Shown here one piece after another: positions 45,786 to 55,044 of a stretch of DNA of 64,000 nt. The translations under genes and the position numbers were made by a program. The stretch is from an uncultured virus (IMG/VR IMGVR_UViG_3300033463_005796) (lineage: Duplodnaviria; Heunggongvirae; Uroviricota; Caudoviricetes). Positions within the stretch are counted from its first letter, which is position 1, and each line of letters begins with the position of its first letter. The DNA lies in the IMG/VR virus record IMGVR_UViG_3300033463_005796; one strand, given 5' to 3'. The notes beneath the pieces were generated by a model. It was not told where the DNA came from and ran no database searches. It saw only the letters and a program-made list of their open reading frames with translations.

Positions 45786-46086
45786 TCCGGCTTTTCCTCC
45801 ACTTCAGAGTGACAATTTCACCATTAGGATCTTCCTTGATGATCCAGTCTTGATGGCCCATAGGATGAGGCTTGTTAGGATCGACCTCATGCTTCATAGC
45901 CTGGACCTTCAATGACTTGATCTTTCCTCCAAGCACGTTGATCTCAACAACGCGAAAAGGATTTCGATCAGACCACAGAAGCTCAGTGCAGCCGAGACCA
46001 ATCTTCCAGTGCTTCCCCATTTCAGGGCCATAAGATTCAGCAACATGGTTTGCTTGAATCTCATTGATTATCGAGCCGTATTCCAT
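45694..46086 (-). CDS. hypothetical phage protein
   Basis: GLGCTELLWSDR...EYYYDWSF; first gene after promoter. Confidence 0.65.
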   Translation of the reverse strand: MEYGSIINEIQANHVAESYGPEMGKHWKIGLGCTELLWSDRNPFRVVEINVLGGKIKSLKVQAMKHEVDPNKPHPMGHQDWIIKEDPNGEIVTLKWRKSRNGWYSKGYDGKGWGNRFAMGHAEYYYDWSF

Positions 46087-46162
46087 TTTGTTTGTTCCTT
46101 GGTTGTTGTCAAGTGGGTGACATAATTATTATAACAAACTGGAAATCTTTTGGCAGTCTCAA

Positions 46163-46537
46163 TTAAATTATTTTTTTCTTGCTTTTAGCGCCAATTCCCG
46201 GCCTTACTGACTGGATTGTGATTCCAAGCTTGTTGGCCATCTTCTGACAGTCTTCACAAGGATCGATTGGAAGGACTTCTCCACTCAAGCCAATTCTCAT
46301 GATGACAATTGTCTTCAATCCAAAAGGATAGTAGCGTGCCATTGCATAAGCTTCTGCATGAAGGCCAGATCCAATGACAGGCTTGATGTTGTCTTTGCGG
46401 AACTTATTTGTCGTGTAGCCTATTACTTGGCCCTTCTTGTCAAGAGCAACACATGAAATACGATACTGAGAAGGAGACTGCTCTGCCTTCTTCTTCAGTC
46501 GCTGTATGACAGCTGGATTGTCAAGAATTGCACACAT
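46163..46537 (-). CDS. zinc-dependent cytidine/deoxycytidylate deaminase-fold protein
   Basis: LHAE and PCEDC motifs; ATG at 46537 preferred because the TTG start overlaps a tRNA-like RNA. Confidence 0.75.
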   Translation of the reverse strand: MCAILDNPAVIQRLKKKAEQSPSQYRISCVALDKKGQVIGYTTNKFRKDNIKPVIGSGLHAEAYAMARYYPFGLKTIVIMRIGLSGEVLPIDPCEDCQKMANKLGITIQSVRPGIGAKSKKKII

Positions 46538-46547
46538 TTGATTTATT

Positions 46548-46617
46548 TGGTTGCTCAAGTGAGGCTATTACTCACATTTCCAGAAAGACTCCAGTGTCCT
46601 AATTAGACGATTGAGCT
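46548..46617 (-). ncRNA. tRNA-like RNA lacking a canonical anticodon loop
   Basis: GCTCAA/TTGAGC-AACCA, GTCT-AATT-AGGAC, CTGGA-GTCTT-TCTGG, GTGAG/CTCAC. Confidence 0.7.
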
Positions 46618-46697
46618 TCTGATTCATTTTTAGGAACCTTCTCAACAAACGTTTTTCGGGGAACCCTGTGTGAAGGAACAGTTTGAATGAATCAAGC

Positions 46698-46774
46698 TGG
46701 CGCGCCAGGGGGGACTCGAACCCTCAACCCTCGGCTTAGAAGGCCGATGCTCTGTCCAGTTGAGCTACTGGCGC
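46698..46774 (-). tRNA. tRNA-Arg(TCT)
   Basis: TCGGC-CTTCTAA-GCCGA, canonical. Confidence 0.95.
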
Positions 46775-46789
46775 ATTAAGATAATATAC

Positions 46790-47206
46790 TTACTTATCTT
46801 CGGGGTCATCGACATATCGAGTCCCAAAGACCTGGAACCGGGCCTTAGGATTCTCTACATGGATCTTTGTAAGAATACTAAGAAGGTTGTTCTTGTCCTT
46901 GTAGAAAGGATCCACCAATGGAAGGTTCTTGTAGATTGCAGGGCAACGGCCTTCAATCTCCTTTTGAGAAGGATAAGCATGAAGCTCAAACCGAATCTTC
47001 TCTCCCAAGAAATGCTTGCAAGCCTCTTTGCAATGCTTTGCAATAGTCCTTGCAGGAAGATAGACGTCGTAGCACGTGTGGATTATGTCAGAGGTATGCA
47101 TTGTTGTTTTCCTTGTTTTAAGCGTTGTCCTTGACCCACTCGACGAGACGAATGACGCTAGACATATCAAGGTCGCTAAGCAGATAGTCATATCCTCCAA
47201 TAGCAA
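46790..47206 (-). CDS. hypothetical protein (paralog of 38706..39023)
   Basis: likely start MHTSD. Confidence 0.55.
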   Translation of the reverse strand: MLLEDMTICLATLICLASFVSSSGSRTTLKTRKTTMHTSDIIHTCYDVYLPARTIAKHCKEACKHFLGEKIRFELHAYPSQKEIEGRCPAIYKNLPLVDPFYKDKNNLLSILTKIHVENPKARFQVFGTRYVDDPEDK

Positions 47207-47516
47207 GGGTTACGTCACCATCATAATAAAGATATTCGAGATCTTCAAGATAATCTTCAGAATCTTCATTCGCAAAAAGCGCAATATTAGCGTCTGAAAG
47301 ATCGATCTTCTCTTCCTTCTGCTTTTCAATAGCAGAACGCAGATAATCCTCGGCGGCACGGTAGAATGCCGTCTCAGTATTGGTAATCTTGTCGGACAGA
47401 GCAGTAAGCTTGTTGACAATGTCAGTCTTCTTAGTTTTCTTAGTGTTCATTTTAGCATCCTTTTCCAAAGAAGCCGGGCTTGCAGATTTCATTTGCATAG
47501 AAGAGCTCATCTGCAT
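47118..47516 (-). CDS. hypothetical protein
   Basis: likely start MNTKK. Confidence 0.55.
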   Translation of the reverse strand: MQMSSSMQMKSASPASLEKDAKMNTKKTKKTDIVNKLTALSDKITNTETAFYRAAEDYLRSAIEKQKEEKIDLSDANIALFANEDSEDYLEDLEYLYYDGDVTLAIGGYDYLLSDLDMSSVIRLVEWVKDNA

Positions 47517-47754
47517 AGTTCTCTCCTAGAGGCTTGTGGATCTTTTCAAGGCCATCAAGAGCAGTTTCAAGCCGCTTGTTCAAAGTATTGACTCGAGCTT
47601 CATACATGTATTTATCGAAGTCAGTATCTTCTTTCATGCTCTTTGCAGTATAAAGAGCCCAAGCAACATCTTGCGTGATGACACCTATTCGATAGGCTTC
47701 AACAATGTGGTCAGGGGAATTTCCCTTTGCGTATTTTGGATCAATGTTTTCCAT
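47452..47754 (-). CDS. hypothetical protein
   Basis: first gene after class I promoter. Confidence 0.55.
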   Translation of the reverse strand: MENIDPKYAKGNSPDHIVEAYRIGVITQDVAWALYTAKSMKEDTDFDKYMYEARVNTLNKRLETALDGLEKIHKPLGENYADELFYANEICKPGFFGKGC

Positions 47755-47829
47755 GGGTTTTATCAGGTTGGTGACAGTATTATTATAACAAACTGGAAAT
47801 CTATTGGCAGTCTCGCTAGAAATTATTTT

Positions 47830-48192
47830 TCAGAGGTCAGCACCATCTGTGTAGTTGAGATTGCAAGGAGACCACCATCCGTCGATGTCAATCTCTCTGC
47901 CATTCAAATAAGCATGCACTTGGTCTTCCTCTTTGTGATAGCTGATGAGGACACCATCAAGAGCATTCAGCCTACGGCTTGTGCTCAAAGTAGGATAGCC
48001 GCAATAAGAAACATAGGAAGGAATATCTCTATGGCTCTTCTTGTGCTTGTCGCACCAGGTGGCAATAGGATTGCCATGGAAATAAAGAACCCATTCCTTC
48101 TTCTCATTGTCATGCTTGAAGACGGTGTTTCCACTAGAGAAGAATTCTCGCTTGTGGATAGCACCAATGATCTCTAGACAGATTTTTCTCAT
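47830..48192 (-). CDS. hypothetical phage protein
   Basis: LYFHGNPIA...CGYPTLSTSRRLNAL. Confidence 0.65.
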   Translation of the reverse strand: MRKICLEIIGAIHKREFFSSGNTVFKHDNEKKEWVLYFHGNPIATWCDKHKKSHRDIPSYVSYCGYPTLSTSRRLNALDGVLISYHKEEDQVHAYLNGREIDIDGWWSPCNLNYTDGADL

Positions 48193-48452
48193 TTGCTTGC
48201 CTTTGGTTAGTTTGCTTCCTTGTTTTTGATTGGCAGATTTATTATATCAAATTGAAAAATAATTGGCAGTCTCAATTTTTAACCGTTGTTCCAGAGGGAA
48301 ATTTTTGCATTCTGGAATCCCTTTGGCAAACGAAAATCTAGTACCGCCATGAAAGACCTAAAACGGAACAAACGGAACCGAGCTCTGCTCAGGCTCAAGA
48401 GCGTTTCAACCAGGAGTCCTCTTGATTTAATCCGTTAACTCCTACCCACAAC

Positions 48453-49274
48453 TTAATTCCAGCCGCGATTCGCAATCAGCTTCTTGATGACATTCTCCTT
48501 AGTGACAGGGACAGGAGAACCATTCAGCATCAGCGTGCTGCAATTGCCGGCATAGTACTTTGTAGCTTTAGCGACAAACTTTGGAGAAAGGTCACCCCAA
48601 CGACGAGGAGTCTTTGTCGTAACGTGGGCATCATTCCAATGAGTGTCTCCATTTCGATTGATGTCGAAGTTCAAAACAAGAGAACCATCATTGTCAATTC
48701 CGGTTCGCGTCCAATAAGCTTTTGTGATGTTCTTCTTCTGAAGAGACTTCATCTTTGGAGCTTTGCGAGCGACAGCCAGGACTAGCTCAGCGACCTTCTT
48801 GTTCGTCAGGTCAAGGTTCCTTCGGCCAGAGACATGCCGATTAGAATGGCGCTTGATCCGCAGATTCTTGCACCGTTGAGCAAACTCTTTGTCAGCAGTC
48901 CAAGCTCCCTTCTCCTCACGAGATCCAATAGCATAGAATGTCTCTTCACGAAGAGTCTCAGTAGGATGACGGCGGTCGACAGAGTTCCAATGCTTCTTCC
49001 CAACATACTTGTAGATTCCAAGAGTCCGAGCAGAAGGCTCATCATCCGGGCCAGAATAGAAGCACGGTCGATCAAGCTCAACAAGAATGAAAGTGTTCCT
49101 CGTCTCAGGAGAAATTCCACGAAGGACACAATGAGAAGTCATGTTCGAGTAGTCATTAGCAGGACCATCGAAGATGTAGCCATTGTTGAGAAAATGCCTT
49201 ACAGAGTTTGAAAAGCTTCCAATCATCTGTTCCTCAGAGAGGATTAAGGCAGTGGGCAAACTAGAATTTTTCAT
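48453..49274 (-). CDS. hypothetical protein
   Basis: 273-aa ORF after class I promoter. Confidence 0.65.
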   Translation of the reverse strand: MKNSSLPTALILSEEQMIGSFSNSVRHFLNNGYIFDGPANDYSNMTSHCVLRGISPETRNTFILVELDRPCFYSGPDDEPSARTLGIYKYVGKKHWNSVDRRHPTETLREETFYAIGSREEKGAWTADKEFAQRCKNLRIKRHSNRHVSGRRNLDLTNKKVAELVLAVARKAPKMKSLQKKNITKAYWTRTGIDNDGSLVLNFDINRNGDTHWNDAHVTTKTPRRWGDLSPKFVAKATKYYAGNCSTLMLNGSPVPVTKENVIKKLIANRGWN

Positions 49275-49280
49275 GTGGTT

Positions 49281-49367
49281 GTTCCTTGGTTGTTGTCAGG
49301 TGGGTGACATAATTATTATAACAAGCTGGAAACCTATTGGCAGTCCCGCTAGAAATTATTTTTAATC
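49281..49367 (-). promoter_or_regulatory. class I promoter/stem-loop/RBS cassette (identical copy at 52871-52957)
   Basis: AAAATAATTT, CTGCCA-N17-TATAAT with TG extension, TGTCA-CCCACC-TGACA hairpin, AAGGAA. Confidence 0.85.
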
Positions 49368-49586
49368 ATCCCATGGCCATTCAAAGCCAAGGTCAGTCAT
49401 AGCCTTGAAGACTGCATCTCTCATGTCTAAGAAAGAATCATTTGGATTTTCATTATGCTTTACAGCATTATCACAAACCTTCTTTTCAATTTCCTTGATG
49501 TCGTCATCATTCAACGCCGTATCAAAGAGGTCTTTGTCACAGCAGTCGACTAGAGCACTTTTGAAGAGTTCTTTATCAAGCTTCAT
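49362..49586 (-). CDS. hypothetical protein
   Basis: ORF in early block. Confidence 0.55.
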   Translation of the reverse strand: MKLDKELFKSALVDCCDKDLFDTALNDDDIKEIEKKVCDNAVKHNENPNDSFLDMRDAVFKAMTDLGFEWPWDD

Positions 49587-50021
49587 TTAAATCCACCCAT
49601 AAAGTTTCAGAGTCTTGACGTCATCAGGATGGACGTAGACTTCTTTCACACAAGGGTCAGAAGAGCGCTCTTTGTAAGTAATGACACCAAAGGGTTTTTT
49701 GCCACTCGAAGGCTTTTCTACAATGCTTCCACATACGAGGTTGTGGCTGGAGAGATAGACATTGCGGTGCTTGTAGATGTCACGCACCCAGATGTGGAAG
49801 AAGTAGCAGCTAGAATCAAAGATCGTAATTCCAGTATTGCCGACATGAGACATCAATCTGACGTCATTTTTTCTGCAAGTCTCATGAATCTTTTTAAAGG
49901 AAAGGTGCTTCATTTTACTTCTCCTTCGAATAGAACTTGTTCTGCAGCTCACCATAGTGCTGGATGACAGACCAGTACTCGATTTCAGAAAGGCCAGCTG
50001 CACGCGCCGCAGCATGAGCAT
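49587..50021 (-). CDS. hypothetical protein
   Basis: likely start MKHLS. Confidence 0.5.
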   Translation of the reverse strand: MLMLRRVQLAFLKSSTGLSSSTMVSCRTSSIRRRSKMKHLSFKKIHETCRKNDVRLMSHVGNTGITIFDSSCYFFHIWVRDIYKHRNVYLSSHNLVCGSIVEKPSSGKKPFGVITYKERSSDPCVKEVYVHPDDVKTLKLYGWI

Positions 50022-50112
50022 CCATGATCATGTTGTAATGGCCCTGCATCTGAACATGCCGATAACTGTCGAACATGCTCTTCGTAATCTTTTCAAGTGG
50101 AAGAATCTTCAT
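49915..50112 (-). CDS. hypothetical phage protein
   Basis: VQMQGHYNMIMD...IQHYGEL. Confidence 0.6.
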   Translation of the reverse strand: MKILPLEKITKSMFDSYRHVQMQGHYNMIMDAHAAARAAGLSEIEYWSVIQHYGELQNKFYSKEK

Positions 50113-50347
50113 TTGGTTTATGCTGCTGGTAGTTTTGGCTGTATGTCAATTTGATTGACAGGACTATTATAACAAACTGGGAACTAATTGGCAGTCACAT
50201 CAGAAATTATTTATATTTGATGCAGACTTCATAGATCCAGTTCAATGCTTCCCAGACCATAGAACAAAGGAAAGGAATGACTGTAAAGACAATGCCAATC
50301 ACTAGCGCGATCAGCATCACTGCAAGGAAATAGTCCATCTTGCTTCC

Positions 50348-50554
50348 TTAATTGATAAGGATAAGATAGTCGTCAGGATTCTTGCCAGAAGCCTCAAGAT
50401 TCTTCTTCTCAAGGTCACGGATCAATTGAGCACTCTCAGAAGTGTTCTCAAGGCCAAAGAACATACGCTTAAGGACCTGCTCTTCATCACGTCCATCTTT
50501 GCGACGGATAGTCACTTCACATTCAAGTCCAAGAGTCGTTTCATTGATTCTCAT
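50348..50554 (-). CDS. hypothetical protein
   Basis: ORF downstream of RNA motif copy 2. Confidence 0.5.
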   Translation of the reverse strand: MRINETTLGLECEVTIRRKDGRDEEQVLKRMFFGLENTSESAQLIRDLEKKNLEASGKNPDDYLILIN

Positions 50555-50588
50555 GTTTGTTCTTTCTTTTGGGCGTTAAATCAACCAA

Positions 50589-50651
50589 GCAGAACCGAGG
50601 TCAAAGTTCGGCATGAAATGTTTCAACCAGGCACCTTCCATTTTGATCTGC
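50589..50651 (-). ncRNA. structured RNA motif copy 2
   Basis: paralog of 30778-30851. Confidence 0.65.
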
Positions 50652-50695
50652 AGCGCCCGACGCCAGAAAAGGAGGTTCTGACGTCTTAACCAAAT

Positions 50696-51016
50696 TTAAG
50701 GCGTGCAGTCGTCAAGTGCAATCCCGGTAAGGCGCTCAAGCATAATCATAGCATCCCACACGGTGTCAGTAGACTCAGTCACTTCAAGATAGTCACGCTC
50801 TTCCTGAGTGAAAAGCTTCTTGTTGGCAGAGATCTTCTTCAGAAACTCATCAGCATTATAGCCATCATTTCGGAAAAGCTTCTCATTTAAACCGAACTTC
50901 TCATGCTTGACCTTAGAATGGATCTTCTTCGTAAGGATCGCATTCGTATATTCCGTAATTGCACTAAGGCATGCACGGAACTTGACTTCTTTCTGCTTCT
51001 TGGTAAGTTTCTTCAT
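50696..51016 (-). CDS. hypothetical protein
   Basis: ORF in early block. Confidence 0.55.
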   Translation of the reverse strand: MKKLTKKQKEVKFRACLSAITEYTNAILTKKIHSKVKHEKFGLNEKLFRNDGYNADEFLKKISANKKLFTQEERDYLEVTESTDTVWDAMIMLERLTGIALDDCTP

Positions 51017-51047
51017 TGGTAGTTTGTTGTTAGTTGTTCAAAATATT

Positions 51048-51383
51048 TTACTTGAAATAGAGAGTGATTGTCTTGCCATTTCCACGGCTGATGTCGACCC
51101 ACGATTCAGTGGGGCCAAGAGCTCCAACAGCATGAATCTCTCCATCGTATTCGCTCTTCTGCTGGTCAGCAAGCGCGGTGTTGAGCTCAGCAGAGTCATC
51201 ATAATTGTAGAGCTTGACAAGAGGATCAAGCTTCTTCGCTTTGTTGAAAGCTCGAGCAAAGCCCTTCTGGCCAGGATTGAAGTAGTTTCCACCACATCCA
51301 CAGCGGCATCCACTTTCAAGACCAGTGTAAGCTTTAGTGACTTCCTTGTTCTGAAGAAGGAGATTGAGGGTGATTGTAGTCAT
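51048..51383 (-). CDS. hypothetical phage protein
   Basis: YTG..GCRCGCGGNY motif. Confidence 0.65.
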   Translation of the reverse strand: MTTITLNLLLQNKEVTKAYTGLESGCRCGCGGNYFNPGQKGFARAFNKAKKLDPLVKLYNYDDSAELNTALADQQKSEYDGEIHAVGALGPTESWVDISRGNGKTITLYFK

Positions 51384-51472
51384 GGTTTTATTTGTTGGTT
51401 GTTGTCAGGTGGGTGACATAATTATTATAACAAGCTAGAAATCTTTTGGCAGTCCCGCTTGATTTTTATTTT

Positions 51473-52105
51473 TTATTGCGCCCACATAGCAAGCTCAATG
51501 AGCTTCGAAGAGATCTCATCAACGTCTTTCTGAATCTTCTCCATTCGTTCAGCGAGCTTAGCAATCTCAGAAGCGAGAGTTGGAACAGGAAGCTTCGAAC
51601 AATCATCAGCTGGAGCAGGAGGATTGATGCAAACGTTAAGCTTGCAATGAGAACAATCACCTTCACAGCCATAGCATTCCTGAGGAGTGAAGTCATCATC
51701 TCTCCATTCCTCTTTCTTTGGAGGAATATCTTCTTTCTTTGGAGAATACTTTTGCATCATCTTTTTAAAGACATTCATTCCCTCATTGGTGATGAAGTAA
51801 GTAGGAGCGCATTTCTTCCAAGCTGACTGAGCACGGTCACAGCTGTCAGTGTGGCTCCAATAAGAAGGAGGGCACTTCACCCTCTTGAATCCACCATCAG
51901 GCTCGACAAGTCCATCTTCCATGAGCTTAGCCCACAGAGAAGAATGATAGCCAGGAGTGTAATGTCCATAGCGCGTTTCTTTATAGACTTCCTTGCGAGT
52001 CATCCCAGTATGAGGGACATCTGCAAGCCGCCTAAGAATGAATCCGCATCCTGTCTCAGGATTGATTCGAGAGTAGTCAACGATCTTTGCTCCGTTGTAC
52101 GCCAT
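51473..52105 (-). CDS. hypothetical protein, possible winged helix plus Cys-rich tail
   Basis: GMTRKEV...LMEDGLV...YFITNEG; CYGC..DCSHC. Confidence 0.6.
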   Translation of the reverse strand: MAYNGAKIVDYSRINPETGCGFILRRLADVPHTGMTRKEVYKETRYGHYTPGYHSSLWAKLMEDGLVEPDGGFKRVKCPPSYWSHTDSCDRAQSAWKKCAPTYFITNEGMNVFKKMMQKYSPKKEDIPPKKEEWRDDDFTPQECYGCEGDCSHCKLNVCINPPAPADDCSKLPVPTLASEIAKLAERMEKIQKDVDEISSKLIELAMWAQ

Positions 52106-52150
52106 TTGATTGTTTCCTTTGTTTGGTTGTTGAACAGATGCAATTAAGCT

Positions 52151-52537
52151 TTAGCTTGCTTCACGATTCTTGTTGTTGTCACGGACATCATCAAGCCAAC
52201 GAGCGCCAACATTGAACCGAGGAAGAATAAGATTCTGCCAGCCGGTGATGTCTTCAAGGCGGAATGACACGATGCTAACGTCAGAAGGATATGCATTAGA
52301 GCCAGTCAATCCATCAATCTGGTTCATGACAGCGCCCTTAGTCACATAGACACTTGCTTCAGGCTTGAAATCAGCACCATACTTTTTCATCCATTTGACG
52401 GCAGCATCAAGATTCTCGCCATCAGTGCTGAACCCTTCAAATGTAAGAGCAGACCCAAGAGAATCAAGCTCATCAGCCGTTGTCACATTCTTGATGTTCA
52501 TTTCTTCTGTTCCTTGTTTTGATTGTTGGTTAGACAT
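52151..52537 (-). CDS. hypothetical phage protein
   Basis: GLTGSNAYP...GARWLDDVRDNN; likely start MNIKN. Confidence 0.65.
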   Translation of the reverse strand: MSNQQSKQGTEEMNIKNVTTADELDSLGSALTFEGFSTDGENLDAAVKWMKKYGADFKPEASVYVTKGAVMNQIDGLTGSNAYPSDVSIVSFRLEDITGWQNLILPRFNVGARWLDDVRDNNKNREAS

Positions 52538-52865
52538 CCATCAGCTGTGTCTCAGCGACCCAGAAAAGAAATCGCTCTCCAGTCTTGACAATCTCATATT
52601 CGAACTGAGAGCCACAGCACTCACTGGGATGCTCAGTCAGATACTCATTGAAGTAGTCAATCGGAATGGAAAATGGAATCTCACCGTTAATAAGGCTCTC
52701 ACGAACGTCGTTTGCCATCTTGTTGGCAAAGTTCCGAAGCCACTGCTCAGCGCTCTCATGATTGAGGAAGAACCGTGCATGGCAGTTCCACTCAATACTG
52801 TTAAAGTTATATTCGCTAGACTTTGAGGGTTTCTTTGCGAAACGAATTCCGTAGATGGTTTTCAT
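52530..52865 (-). CDS. hypothetical protein
   Basis: first gene after class I promoter. Confidence 0.55.
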   Translation of the reverse strand: MKTIYGIRFAKKPSKSSEYNFNSIEWNCHARFFLNHESAEQWLRNFANKMANDVRESLINGEIPFSIPIDYFNEYLTEHPSECCGSQFEYEIVKTGERFLFWVAETQLMDV

Positions 52866-52870
52866 TGTTT

Positions 52871-52957
52871 GTTCCTTGGTTGTTGTCAGGTGGGTGACAT
52901 AATTATTATAACAAGCTGGAAACCTATTGGCAGTCCCGCTAGAAATTATTTTTAATC
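52871..52957 (-). repeat. 87-bp exact repeat of 49281-49367 (promoter cassette)
   Basis: base-by-base identity. Confidence 0.9.
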
Positions 52958-53347
52958 GCGGTCAAAGTCAGCGTGCATGTCTTTCTCATAAGAACCGATC
53001 TTCACAATCTTGTTGGTCTTGTCGAACTTGACTAGCTGGTAGTCTCCATTGCGCCACGCCCAGAACTCGACTTTGGAATCGCCGTATCCATTGTCCCACA
53101 TCAGACCCTTAGCGATCTTGGCGTTCTTCTTAGCTTCAGCAATGGAAGTCGCAGGAGTTCCACGAAGCCAATCGGAGAAATACGCAGGTTTGCCGTAGAT
53201 GTCCCAACCGCGCTCCATGTAAAGTTCAGCGCAAGTGTTGATCTTCTTGACACGCCCAGTGTCATAGTCTTCCTTCACAGACGTGTCATTGTACCAAGCT
53301 GGATTTCCTCCAGTGTCTTTGCAAATGCAACGAATGTAGATCTTCAT
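52952..53347 (-). CDS. hypothetical protein
   Basis: ORF in early block. Confidence 0.6.
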   Translation of the reverse strand: MKIYIRCICKDTGGNPAWYNDTSVKEDYDTGRVKKINTCAELYMERGWDIYGKPAYFSDWLRGTPATSIAEAKKNAKIAKGLMWDNGYGDSKVEFWAWRNGDYQLVKFDKTNKIVKIGSYEKDMHADFDRD

Positions 53348-53361
53348 CTCTAAGTTTCCTT

Positions 53362-53955
53362 TTAAGAATTAGAAGAAGACACACCGATCTTGTCGTATTC
53401 GTCTTCCCAGACTCCACTCAAAGCATCAAAGAGTTCGCTGAAATGCCGATTGCAATAATTGTCGCATTCATCCTGGTCATCAAAGATTTCTGAATGTCCA
53501 TGGCTTGCAAGCTTGTCCCAGATGAAGGAATCTCTCTCTTCAATCCACTTAGTGATTTCATCATCGCAATGCTCCGCGATATTGTGCTCAATGATTTCTC
53601 GAGCTAAAGCATAGATGTCGACATTGGGTTCTTCATCTTCCTCATCGTCTTCATCTTCTTCCTCAGACTCTTCATCTTCTTCAGACTCAGAATCTTCCTC
53701 TTCCTCATCATCTTCATCGTCAGGCTGGCCGAACATCTCTTTCCAGCACTTGTCGCAGATTCCAGACATGAGAGCCTCACGATCACTGGGAGAAAGATTA
53801 GGAAGAAGATCTTGGATCAATCCATCATGATCAATCCACTTGAGATAGTTCTTGTATTCCTCATCAGTCATGACAATCGTCGTGTACTCACCGCAATGAG
53901 GGCAACGACGTTCAACAATGTTCTGATAAGCGTAAGGTGAATCCTTCATCGGCAT
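53362..53955 (-). CDS. zinc-ribbon protein with long acidic tract
   Basis: CPHC...LIQDLLPNLSPSDREALMSGICDKCW, then about 30 D/E/S residues. Confidence 0.7.
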   Translation of the reverse strand: MPMKDSPYAYQNIVERRCPHCGEYTTIVMTDEEYKNYLKWIDHDGLIQDLLPNLSPSDREALMSGICDKCWKEMFGQPDDEDDEEEEDSESEEDEESEEEDEDDEEDEEPNVDIYALAREIIEHNIAEHCDDEITKWIEERDSFIWDKLASHGHSEIFDDQDECDNYCNRHFSELFDALSGVWEDEYDKIGVSSSNS

Positions 53956-54214
53956 GGTCAGTCCTCCTTGGTGAAGTAGCGAGCAGCTTCAGCGACTGAG
54001 TCAAACGTGACTCGAGAAGCAGAATGTCCATCAAATGTCCCAATGAACGTAAGTTCCTTGGTCCGTGCATAAGCGCCGTCATCAAACAGATAACCTGCTC
54101 GAGACGCGATCTCGATGAGCTTTGAGAGTGTCATGGTTTTTGTGGTTGTTTTGGGGTTGACAGTATTATTATAACAAGCTGGAAACTATTTGGCAGTCCC
54201 GCTTGATTTTTATT

Positions 54215-54652
54215 TTAAATGTCGGCAGCATCAGGATGGTTGGCAATCCAGTCACGACGAGCTTGGACCCGATCAAAAGAGACGCCAGTAGAAAGATTCA
54301 GCTTTCCATTATTGTCTTCAATGATGTCAATGATCTTCTTTGCAAGGGTCATATCCTGGTCATGCTGGACAGCGGCATTTGCTTGAGCATAGATGTCATA
54401 GAGCTTCTCATCATGATCGCGATCAGGCCATCTCAGATAGATAGACCCAGAAATCCAAGCCTTCTGAGTATGAGTTCGATTCCATTCATTGCAGAAATCA
54501 TTCTGCTTCTTTGCATATCCGCTCCAAGAGCCACTAACAGTCTTAGTCGCAAGAGCGTTCTGGCCATTGTAGCTCTGGCCCCACGGAGTCAGATGAGTGA
54601 CGACGACGAATTCGTTCTTCATTGGTTGTCTTGATTTAGTTGTTAGTTCCAC
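54215..54652 (-). CDS. hypothetical protein
   Basis: likely start MKNEF. Confidence 0.55.
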   Translation of the reverse strand: MELTTKSRQPMKNEFVVVTHLTPWGQSYNGQNALATKTVSGSWSGYAKKQNDFCNEWNRTHTQKAWISGSIYLRWPDRDHDEKLYDIYAQANAAVQHDQDMTLAKKIIDIIEDNNGKLNLSTGVSFDRVQARRDWIANHPDAADI

Positions 54653-54951
54653 CAGATGTCGTAATGGTCAGCATAAGGAAATCCATCACTGCATCGAGTC
54701 TGATGGACCTTGAACCCCTGCTTCTCGATGCTCTCTTTGACGATCTTGAACTTCTGCCAATCGTTATTGTAAGGAGAGCAATTGACATTGATTGCTGAAT
54801 GGGCATGGTTCTGGCCTTTAGAAGCAGCCTCTCGAATCTGCTTCTCCAGCCACTTCATTTCATCGGCAAAGTCCTTGGATTCCAGAAAATCCTTGGTTTT
54901 CTTTTCCAGAGAATTGTTCGTTGTAGCACGAATTTCGTCAATTAGGCTCAT
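54643..54951 (-). CDS. hypothetical protein
   Basis: first gene after class I promoter. Confidence 0.6.
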   Translation of the reverse strand: MSLIDEIRATTNNSLEKKTKDFLESKDFADEMKWLEKQIREAASKGQNHAHSAINVNCSPYNNDWQKFKIVKESIEKQGFKVHQTRCSDGFPYADHYDIWWN

Positions 54952-55044
54952 GGTTGATTTGGTTGTTAGTGGTTGTTTTGGGGGTTGACAGTATTATTAT
55001 AACAAACTGGAAACCTATTGGCAGTCCCGCTAGAAATTATTTTA

